64,000 bases of DNA from Candidatus Moraniibacteriota bacterium (lineage in GTDB: Bacteria > Patescibacteriota > Minisyncoccia > Moranbacterales > DUUL01). The notes beneath the pieces were generated by a model. That model was not told the DNA's origin. It ran no database searches and saw only the letters and a list, made by a program, of their open reading frames with translations. The position numbers were made by a program, and so were the translations under genes. Position 1 is the stretch's first letter. The number at the start of each line of letters is the position of its first letter. Where the stretch lies: assembly GCA_034522495.1 (NCBI GenBank), contig JAXHLG010000002.1, positions 1,000,486 to 1,064,485 on the forward strand, written 5' to 3'. This document shows, piece by piece, positions 16,906 to 24,422 of this stretch.

Positions 16906-18039
16906 TTATTTATTTATTTCTATTTTCCTGCTTTTTTTAGAAATCTGTTTGGCTCTTTCCGTTCCTCTTTTCTTGTATTTTTCATACACTTTTTTATCTT
17001 TTAGCAACAGCTCCATGCCCAGGAAGATTTCGTAAGAGCGGTAGGGGTTGATCAAAACCGCCGCGTCGCCGGCAATCTCGGGAAGAGAAGAGCAGTGGGA
17101 TGTTATCACCGGAACCTTGCAGGCCATTGCTTCCAAGGGAGGAAACCCAAATCCTTCAAACAAAGACGGGTAAATAAACAATAGGGCGCCGGCATAAATA
17201 TAGGGCTTGTCATTTTCTTCGATAAAATCGGTAAAAATTATTTCCCGTCGATACTTGCTATTGCGCACTCTTTCCAAAATATCTTTCCAAAGCCAGCCCC
17301 TCTGCCCGGCGATAACCAATTTTACATCGTTCTGCTTATACCGGTCTTTCCAATGCTCAAAAGCTTCTATCAAAGCGCTAATGTTTTTCCTGGGTTCAAT
17401 GGTGCCCAGAAAAAGGAAATAGCTTTTCGGGAGAGCGTATTTTCTCTTAACAGCTTTCATCTCTTCTCTGTTTCTGATTTCTCCGGAGAAAATTTTTTCC
17501 TTGAAAAAAGGATAAACAACCCTGATCCGGCTTGGGTTGATTTTGTACAGATCCTTCAAATCAGCCGCCGTGGAGCGGGAAACCGCCAGAATCACATCCG
17601 AATCCCTGCATAAGCGGCGAGGATTGACAAAGAAATGCCAAAGCCTTCTTTTAAAAGAAAAAGTCTCCGGCAGCCTTTCAAAAGAAAGGTCGTGGACGGT
17701 CAAATATTTCTTGCATTGATTGCTCAACCGGATAAAACAAAAGTTGGGAACAAAAAAAATGTCTGTTCCGCCGAGCATTTTGTCCGCTTTCGGCCAAGCC
17801 AAAAACCAGAAGCAGAAATTCAATATTTTATTGGGTAATTTAAATCTTTTTACTTCCACATTGCCAATCCCCTCTAACCACCGAAAATTTTCTTTTATCG
17901 GCTTAAAGGAATTGGTGAATAGAATAATTTGATCGTCTTTGCAATGATCGGCTAAATATTTTATCAAGCCTCTGGTATATTCTTCCACGCCCGTGTTTTT
18001 CCCCTCCTGCAGGCAGCGCGCGTCAACTCCTATTTTCAT
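16906..18039 (-). CDS. Glycosyltransferase family 4
   Basis: PSLFEGFGFPPLEAMACKVPVITS is present. I placed the start at MKIGVDARCL, by analogy with the other GT4. The ORF track start at 18069 is an upstream alternative. Confidence 0.8.
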   Translation of the reverse strand: MKIGVDARCLQEGKNTGVEEYTRGLIKYLADHCKDDQIILFTNSFKPIKENFRWLEGIGNVEVKRFKLPNKILNFCFWFLAWPKADKMLGGTDIFFVPNFCFIRLSNQCKKYLTVHDLSFERLPETFSFKRRLWHFFVNPRRLCRDSDVILAVSRSTAADLKDLYKINPSRIRVVYPFFKEKIFSGEIRNREEMKAVKRKYALPKSYFLFLGTIEPRKNISALIEAFEHWKDRYKQNDVKLVIAGQRGWLWKDILERVRNSKYRREIIFTDFIEENDKPYIYAGALLFIYPSLFEGFGFPPLEAMACKVPVITSHCSSLPEIAGDAAVLINPYRSYEIFLGMELLLKDKKVYEKYKKRGTERAKQISKKSRKIEINK

Positions 18040-18697
18040 GGCTATTTTCTTCTTTGAAGTAATGAACAAACAGCGTTAAAAAAATTCCCGCCACCAAGCC
18101 GGCGACAGCTGAAACCGCCAAATAAAGCCACACGCTTGGCTGGTTTTTATGTACCGCAAGATTCCCGTATTCCAGCTTAAACCAAGTGGGATCGTCCTTG
18201 TCGGAATTCAAAACCTCCGCTTTGTTATCCAGAGCGGTTTTTAGAGATTGAAAAGCCGGATTGATTGCTTGTTTTTCCAGGCTTTTATATTCCACTTTTA
18301 CATAATTGGAACTGGGCTGGCGGGCCTGCAGGCTTTTTATGGAAGAAAAATTCTCCCCTCCTTTTGCCGAAAACTCTTCCCCGGCTTCGACAAGAAGCCC
18401 GGGATCGTTTATCCAATAGGTGATGTTTTCCGCAAATTTCTCGTCGGCCTGAAGCCTGTAAAATTGGTCATGCCTGTATTCTTCCGTCTCTTGATAATTT
18501 TTCCTGTCAATGTTTACGGAAAATGAAGCTTGATAAAACCGGGATTGGTATTGCCAAAGAAAAAAGCCGGCCAGCAAAAAAATCCCGACGGCAATCCAGA
18601 TTAAGCGCCGGTGTTTTTTTAATAATCTTATAAACTCCTTCAGTTCCATACTTTCATTTTTTAATCGACATTGCGCGATTTTTTTCCCACTTTCCAA
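18023..18697 (-). CDS. Wzz-like polysaccharide chain-length determinant / co-polymerase-like protein
   Basis: The topology is bitopic: an N-terminal TM (LIWIAVGIFLLAGFFLW) and a C-terminal TM (VWLYLAVSAVAGLVAGIFLTLFV) around a ~150-aa loop. It sits inside a GT locus. The call rests on topology and context only. Confidence 0.45.
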   Translation of the reverse strand: MESGKKIAQCRLKNESMELKEFIRLLKKHRRLIWIAVGIFLLAGFFLWQYQSRFYQASFSVNIDRKNYQETEEYRHDQFYRLQADEKFAENITYWINDPGLLVEAGEEFSAKGGENFSSIKSLQARQPSSNYVKVEYKSLEKQAINPAFQSLKTALDNKAEVLNSDKDDPTWFKLEYGNLAVHKNQPSVWLYLAVSAVAGLVAGIFLTLFVHYFKEENSHENRS

Positions 18698-18726
18698 GTC
18701 TAAGCCTTGAAAAATGGATTTTGGCT

Positions 18727-20109
18727 TCAGTTGATCTTCTTCTTTTCCTCTACAAAGTTGAGCTTCAAATCTTTTTTCAGTATCTCCTCTTGGCTGTATT
18801 CCCCTTCCGGCGTAATGACCCGGACGCTGACGGGAACATCTCCCACTCCGGACTGTTTTTGGATCAAAAGCTTGTAGTCCTCCTTGACTTTCTCCGGCAG
18901 GGAGTATTTTATTGTAGCAGTTGTTTGGCGATTCATCAAGGCATGAAAGATAAAACCGAAGTATTTGCGCCCGTGGTTTTCCTGAATGTTGGGATAGCTG
19001 ACCATTTCCCGCTCCAAAAGTTCCGACCCCTTGGGAACATAGACTCTCAAATAGGAATGGTAGTCCGTGGTTCTCCAGTCGCCGGTAACGGCGTTGTGGG
19101 TATAGGTTATCTTCAAATTAGCCGTCGGTTTCTCCCCGGTCAAATCCACCGTGTAGTCCATTTTCCTGTCAATGTAATAATCCGACTTGAGAGCCCCCAA
19201 GTTGGAGTCCACGGCCATCAGGTAGTCTCCGTCCCACTCGCTGTCGACCTTCCCTGTCCAATTGACTTCTTCAGCCATTTTCTGTAATTCCTGATCTTCA
19301 AAGTAAAGCTGAACGTTTTTGTTTCTCAATTCCTCCAAAGCCAGATCGGCCAGCTTTGGAATATTTTGCACGGTAACCAGTTTGTCCACCATTATCCGTG
19401 CCATCTTCTTCAAAATCAATTTCCTGTCTTGAACATTGATGCCTTGATATTTGAAATTTCTCTCCACTTGCTCTTCCAGTTTTAGCACGGCGTTCTCGCT
19501 ATTGTATTCTCCCGGATAGCCGGGCACTATGACCGGACCCGTTATTTCCAGAGCGTCATTCAACACTGAAGCGTTAACAGCGATAACTCCGTCAAAATTG
19601 TCATTGCCTCCGGCCAGGCGATAGAAATATTTGATTTTCTCTACGCTGGAAGGAAAATCGGGATAAAAATTGGAGTCTCGAAATTTCCACCGCTTGATAC
19701 TCATCATCCTTTCAAAAGGATAGGGCGCGTTTACATCGGCTTCGATCCTCTGGTCAAGCAAATTAGCATCTTCCACAAAAAGGGACGTCACGTCTCCGTT
19801 CTTGACCTTCACCACCGCGTATTGCCCCAAGAAACCTCCCGCGGGCCTCAGTTCCATGTTGTTTTGCAATAGAATCAGAAATCTCCTCTCCTCTCCGTCC
19901 TGGGAAGTGAATTCCTGAACAAATTTGTCAACGGTCTGGATTTCCTTCTTGGTGTTTTCTTCCATCGGCAAAAACCTGGTCACTTTTTCAAAAGCCGATA
20001 TGGAAGTAGCCAGCAACTGCTTTTTGTCGGTATCTTTAAATAAAAAAAATCCCCCGAAAACAATCCCCGCCAACAATAGAAACATCAAAGTAATAACTAT
20101 TTTTTTCAT
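18727..20109 (-). CDS. DUF4012-family membrane-anchored protein
   Basis: The protein has an N-terminal TM helix and the signature LLQNNMELRPAGGFLGQYAVVKV. It is colinear with the C-terminal 640 aa of the 11479-15054 product. Confidence 0.7.
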   Translation of the reverse strand: MKKIVITLMFLLLAGIVFGGFFLFKDTDKKQLLATSISAFEKVTRFLPMEENTKKEIQTVDKFVQEFTSQDGEERRFLILLQNNMELRPAGGFLGQYAVVKVKNGDVTSLFVEDANLLDQRIEADVNAPYPFERMMSIKRWKFRDSNFYPDFPSSVEKIKYFYRLAGGNDNFDGVIAVNASVLNDALEITGPVIVPGYPGEYNSENAVLKLEEQVERNFKYQGINVQDRKLILKKMARIMVDKLVTVQNIPKLADLALEELRNKNVQLYFEDQELQKMAEEVNWTGKVDSEWDGDYLMAVDSNLGALKSDYYIDRKMDYTVDLTGEKPTANLKITYTHNAVTGDWRTTDYHSYLRVYVPKGSELLEREMVSYPNIQENHGRKYFGFIFHALMNRQTTATIKYSLPEKVKEDYKLLIQKQSGVGDVPVSVRVITPEGEYSQEEILKKDLKLNFVEEKKKIN

Positions 20110-20172
20110 TTTTATATTCTAAAGCTGATTACGATAAAAAGATTAACACAAAATATATGGAATGCCAAATCA

Positions 20173-20352
20173 GATTTTATCATTTTATCATGTTAACATG
20201 TTAGCATTTTAGCATGTTAGCATGTTAGCATTCTTGAGTTTGCATGTTTAGATGTTTAAATGTTTAAATGCTTGCATGTTTGTATGTTTGCATGCCTTGC
20301 CCCGTGTGAGCGATAGCGAATTTACGGGGTTTGTATGTTTGAATGTTTAAAT
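20173..20352. repeat. Array of >20 degenerate 8-bp 'ATG words' containing family C hairpin copy 4 (20300-20329)
   Basis: In one register the sequence reads attttatc attttatc atgttaac atgttagc attttagc atgttagc atgttagc ... gtttagat gtttaaat gtttaaat gcttgcat gtttgtat gtttgcat. The hairpin is ccccgtgtgagcgatagcgaatttacgggg. Confidence 0.85.
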
Positions 20353-20369
20353 AAAGATTCAAGAATTTA

Positions 20370-21436
20370 GTGCCCCTTTTTTAAAAAATTAAGAGCGTTT
20401 CACAAAAATTTCATTGGGGGTTAAATAGTTAAGCGATTTCCTGGGACGGTTATTAAGTCTTTCCTGCACTAACAGTATATCTTTTTCCGTAGCATTCGCA
20501 ATATCTCCCTTCTTGGGAAAATATTGCCTAATAAGTTTGTTAAGATTTTCTACCCCTCCTTTCTGCCAAGAGCAATAAGGATCGCAGAAGTAAGAAGGGA
20601 CATCAAAGTTTTCCAAGGTTTCCAAATGCTTAGCATTTTCTCCTCCGTTGTCTCTGGTCATGCTTTTAACCCAAGATTTAGGGAAGCCCTCTATAGTATC
20701 CGCAATAGAATCCTCATTCTCCATTGCTGATTTGCCCCATACTTTGTGAAGCCGGCAAAGCATTCCCTTTCTTTCATATTTAACCGATAAATTCTCTTTC
20801 TGTTTTCTGCCGAATTCCACCAAGTCTGTTTCCCAGTGCCCATACTCTTTTTTCTTGTCTGCCTCTTTTGGCCTTAAATGAATAGAAACCCTATTTTTCA
20901 GCTTATTTCCTTGCTTTTTGCGAAAATATCTTTTCTGCCTTTGCTTTCTCCCAACTCTTAAATGCCGGTAGAGTTCTTTGTGCTTTTCTGCTCCGTTGTA
21001 GATATAGTCATAGATACTCTCATAGCTAATAGTTTCCATAATCCCCGGAGGCGGTTCCTCTTTTAATCTTCCAGCAATCTGTTCCGGTGACCAATCCCCG
21101 CTAATTTTTTTCTCCACGTATTCTTTCAATTTCCGATTCTTTTCTTTATCCAGTTTTCTCTTGTTAGTATTTTTAGCCCTCCTTTCCATAAAGTACTGGG
21201 CATCTATTGCTCTGTAGGGCAGATGCTCCCCTGAATTTCTTTTAATCTCTCTTTTAATGACAGAATAATCCCTGCCCAATTTTCGAGCTATCCAAGCTTT
21301 CTTTCTTTTTAGCCTCAAAGAAACTTCGATTATTTCTCTTTCATAAAAAGTTATCGGCTGCATATTCACAATTAATTATTAGCTGAAATCTATTGCGAAT
21401 ATACTACTCTTAATCTTGTTTGAGAAAAAGGGGCAC
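20370..21436 (-). mobile_element. IS30-family insertion sequence, apparently intact (1067 bp)
   Basis: The terminal inverted repeats are gtgcccctttttt..attaagag (20370-) and ctcttaat..aaaaaggggcac (-21436). They enclose a single transposase ORF. I saw no obvious target-site duplication. Confidence 0.8.
20389..21369 (-). CDS. IS30-family DDE transposase
   Basis: The N-terminal HTH reads REIIEVSLRLKRKKAWIARKLGRDYSVIKREIKRN. The catalytic region reads GHWETDLV ... MTRDNGGEN ... WQKGGVENLNKLIRQYFPK. Confidence 0.85.
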   Translation of the reverse strand: MNMQPITFYEREIIEVSLRLKRKKAWIARKLGRDYSVIKREIKRNSGEHLPYRAIDAQYFMERRAKNTNKRKLDKEKNRKLKEYVEKKISGDWSPEQIAGRLKEEPPPGIMETISYESIYDYIYNGAEKHKELYRHLRVGRKQRQKRYFRKKQGNKLKNRVSIHLRPKEADKKKEYGHWETDLVEFGRKQKENLSVKYERKGMLCRLHKVWGKSAMENEDSIADTIEGFPKSWVKSMTRDNGGENAKHLETLENFDVPSYFCDPYCSWQKGGVENLNKLIRQYFPKKGDIANATEKDILLVQERLNNRPRKSLNYLTPNEIFVKRS

Positions 21437-21531
21437 CGGGGTTTGAATTTGGGAAATGCCTAAGCGGTGTTGTCAATTATTATAATGCTGGTATAATTAA
21501 TTCTGTTTTTGCTAAAAATTAAAATAAAACT

Positions 21532-21894
21532 ATGCAAAAAGTGCAGGATATTTTTGACCAGCTGGAAGAAATTAAAAAACAGCAGAAAGAGATAAAAGAA
21601 GAATACAGAGATGCTCTTTCCAATGATGATGAATACGACGGAATCAAAGAGCAAGTCAAAGAGCTCAATGACAAAAAAAAGCAAATTGAAACCAAAATCC
21701 AAAACCAAATGGGCCAAAGATTCCAGCAGCTGGAAGAATTGAAAGACAAGCAAAAAGAATTGAAACAAATGCTTTCCGATGTGGCTATGAACAATTTAAT
21801 GAACGGAGAAACCATTGAAGTCAAAGACGAGGCCAACACAATTTACGAACCCCAATTCAGCGTGACTTTCAAAAAAACCAGCGCGAGGAAGTGA
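21532..21894 (+). CDS. Hypothetical coiled-coil protein (120 aa)
   Basis: The Glu/Lys/Gln-rich heptad-like sequence is followed by a short beta-like tail (TIEVKDEANTIYEPQFSVTFKK). The antisense ORFs at 21460-21839 are low-complexity shadows. Confidence 0.45.
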   Translation: MQKVQDIFDQLEEIKKQQKEIKEEYRDALSNDDEYDGIKEQVKELNDKKKQIETKIQNQMGQRFQQLEELKDKQKELKQMLSDVAMNNLMNGETIEVKDEANTIYEPQFSVTFKKTSARK

Positions 21895-22006
21895 GAGGCG
21901 GGATGCGGTTGATACAACTTTGCAAAAATTGTGTTCGCTGACGCGGAAGAAATTAGGAGATCAAAAGAAATTAAAAGAAATATATATTTAAATCATGATT
22001 TAAATA

Positions 22007-22067
22007 GGCCCTGCCCCGCAATGCGGGGCAAATAAGGTAAAATATTTATATTATTAAAGCGGTGCGA
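22007..22067. repeat. Dispersed repeat family A, copy 2
   Basis: The sequence is ggccctgccccgcaatgcggggcaaataaggtaaaatatttatattattaaagcggtgcga. It lies between convergent genes. Confidence 0.85.
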
Positions 22068-22276
22068 TATATTTCTTTAAAATCCAGGACTCGCGCGTTT
22101 CCATTCGGAGAGTAAAACAAGGTTTTTTAGCGGAATTATCTTTCCGGGCTTTTTTAAACGTAAAAAATGAAGGGGGTAAATGAAACACTTAATTCTTGTA
22201 AATATTTCCCACTGTTAGTTTATGAAAATTCGCTGAAGATTTTGTTGGATTTCACCCTTAATTTTTCTTCTTTGCA

Positions 22277-23227
22277 TCATGAGCTTGCTCTAAGCGTTGA
22301 TTCCACCATCTCCGCCAAGCCTCTCCTGGCGCTCCAGCGGAGTTTTTTGGCGGCTTTGGAGGAGTCGGCGATCAGCTCCGCCGGGTCTCCCTTTCTGCGC
22401 GGGACAAATTTCCGGGGGATCTTTTTGCCGGACTGTTTTTCAAATTCCCGCACCACTTCGAGAACCGACTGCCCTTCTTTGGTTCCAAGATTAAAAACGT
22501 CAGACCCTTCAAGTTCCAACGCTTTTAAATGCGCTTCCACCAAGTCCGAAAGATGAATATAATCCCGAACACCCGTTCCGTCCCTGGTTTCATAATCATC
22601 CCCGTAAATTTGCAGCTCTTCTCTCTTGCCGCTCAAGACATCCTGAATTATGGGAAAAAGATTTTTGGCATACGGATCCAGGTAGCCCAGGCCGTGATCG
22701 CCGGCAACGTTGAAATACCGCAGAGACACGAATTCAATGCCGTGAATCAGTTTATACCACTGCATCAATTGCTCGCAGGCCATTTTGGTGTAGCCGTAAT
22801 AGTTAATCGGCTTCAAGGGGTGATTTTCATCGGCGGGACTATATTGCGGATCTCCATAAACGGCGGCCGAGGAAGAAAATATTATTTTGGCAATGGAGTG
22901 CTCCACCATCGAATCCAGCAAGTTAATCATGGCTCGGATATTTTCCGAATAAAGCGGAGCGTCTTCCATGGATGCGCCGGCATCCTTATGAGAAGCAAAA
23001 TGAATAACCGCGTCAAAGTTTTTTTCTTTAATAAAATTTTTTAACTTTTCCAAATCCAAAATGTCCAGCTTGATGAAGCCGGCCTTCTTGTCAACTAATT
23101 CGCGCCGCCCTTTGGATAAATTGTCCACCACCTCGACTTGATACCCTTTTCGGCACAAATCTTTTACACACGCCGAGCCGATATAACCGGCCCCGCCGGT
23201 AACTAAAATTTTTTCCTTTTTTTTCAT
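22277..23227 (-). CDS. galE: UDP-glucose 4-epimerase / NAD-dependent sugar epimerase (SDR)
   Basis: Motifs seen: ILVTGGAGYIGS, the catalytic YGYTK, and a VSLRYFNVAG region. Confidence 0.8.
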   Translation of the reverse strand: MKKKEKILVTGGAGYIGSACVKDLCRKGYQVEVVDNLSKGRRELVDKKAGFIKLDILDLEKLKNFIKEKNFDAVIHFASHKDAGASMEDAPLYSENIRAMINLLDSMVEHSIAKIIFSSSAAVYGDPQYSPADENHPLKPINYYGYTKMACEQLMQWYKLIHGIEFVSLRYFNVAGDHGLGYLDPYAKNLFPIIQDVLSGKREELQIYGDDYETRDGTGVRDYIHLSDLVEAHLKALELEGSDVFNLGTKEGQSVLEVVREFEKQSGKKIPRKFVPRRKGDPAELIADSSKAAKKLRWSARRGLAEMVESTLRASS

Positions 23228-23235
23228 TCGTGTTG

Positions 23236-24396
23236 TTACCCTTTAGTTTTTCTTATCGTGTTAAAAATCAAAAAACCTACAACGATAAATACCGTGATAA
23301 TAGCCGCCGCTGGCAACCACGGCTGATTTTGCAGGGCACGATTTTCCTTTTTGTCGCAAGCATCCCCCACGCCATCCAAGTCAGAATCTCTTTGATTTCT
23401 GTTAACGTTATCCGGGCAGTTGTCCTTGCTGTTAATGATGCCATCCCGATCAAAGTCATCGCAAGCATCACCCCGGCCATTTTTGTCCACATCAACTTGA
23501 TCCTCATTGGATATCCAAACGCAATTATCAATTTCGTCCGGTACTCCGTCTTTATCCGTGTCAGCTTTCACATATGATTGATTAGCATAACTTGATGGCA
23601 TGGATAGATGCCTGACTCCCTGATTTTTTCTTAAGTTGGGAGCCTCACCTGTTTTTGCTTCTACCTGCCTATCAGCATTAAAATAAATCTTGTAGTTATT
23701 GTTGGGATGGGCTAAGAATCGCAAATGGGGCTGTTCATTAAAATTTCCCTGGCTTAGGCCTAATTTCAAACCCGCCAGTCTCAAGGGCTGAATATAGCTT
23801 AACTTCAAAACAAACCTTCTACTGGTTGTTTCAGGAAAATTGATAACACTGGAGTTTAATTCTTTCTCCACCAAAACTGCCTTGACGCTATCCTTTTGCC
23901 CCGACTCCACTTGAGCAGTTTCGGGTAAAGCAACATGTTTGGCTAACATCAAAGTTAAAGAAGACATACTCCGGAACTTATCAAAAGTTATTTCAATTTG
24001 CGCTCTTTTTTTGTTCCCGTTTTTAGAAGCAGGATACTCTACATATTTTTGATTTTGATTATCGACAAGAAAGCTTATATCCTTTTGCCTAACTGGGTCG
24101 GTTATAGATACAGAAATATCTTCCATTTCATTTAACAATAAATAAGGCTGGGGTTCTTGATCTTTCTCTCTAATTACAGCTACTTCATTATTGGCGCTTC
24201 TCTGGAAACCCATCGGCACATCAACCACCGTAGGAACAGAGATGCCTAAATTATTAATTTCCATCATTGATTGAAAAGCTTGTTCTTGCTTTTTTGTAAA
24301 GCTTGTTTGTCTTTCATCCGCACCTACGCCATAGCCGATCAAACATAAGCCCAACACCGAAAAAAATAAAGGGGGGGTTGATTTTTTTATTTTCAT
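23236..24396 (-). CDS. Secreted, C-terminally anchored protein with thrombospondin type-3-like Ca-binding repeats
   Basis: The protein has a signal peptide and then a ~270-aa domain I could not assign. The repeats read DTDKDGVPDEIDNC...DVDKNGRGDACDDFDRDGIINSKDNCPD...DSDLDGVGDACD. A C-terminal TM helix follows. Confidence 0.6.
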   Translation of the reverse strand: MKIKKSTPPLFFSVLGLCLIGYGVGADERQTSFTKKQEQAFQSMMEINNLGISVPTVVDVPMGFQRSANNEVAVIREKDQEPQPYLLLNEMEDISVSITDPVRQKDISFLVDNQNQKYVEYPASKNGNKKRAQIEITFDKFRSMSSLTLMLAKHVALPETAQVESGQKDSVKAVLVEKELNSSVINFPETTSRRFVLKLSYIQPLRLAGLKLGLSQGNFNEQPHLRFLAHPNNNYKIYFNADRQVEAKTGEAPNLRKNQGVRHLSMPSSYANQSYVKADTDKDGVPDEIDNCVWISNEDQVDVDKNGRGDACDDFDRDGIINSKDNCPDNVNRNQRDSDLDGVGDACDKKENRALQNQPWLPAAAIITVFIVVGFLIFNTIRKTKG

Positions 24397-24422
24397 ATAA
24401 ATGAATTATAACTTAAAACAAA

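Noticed and set aside
20173-20352. Possible CRISPR array (and likewise the other word arrays and the 56655/56865 repeats)
   Set aside because: The unit length is 7-8 bp with no spacers. The 49-bp repeat has only two copies. No cas genes are present in the window.
21460-21839. Two ~100-aa minus-strand ORFs next to the IS30 element
   Set aside because: They are Phe/Leu/Ser-rich antisense shadows of the plus-strand coiled-coil ORF at 21532-21894, whose composition looks protein-like.
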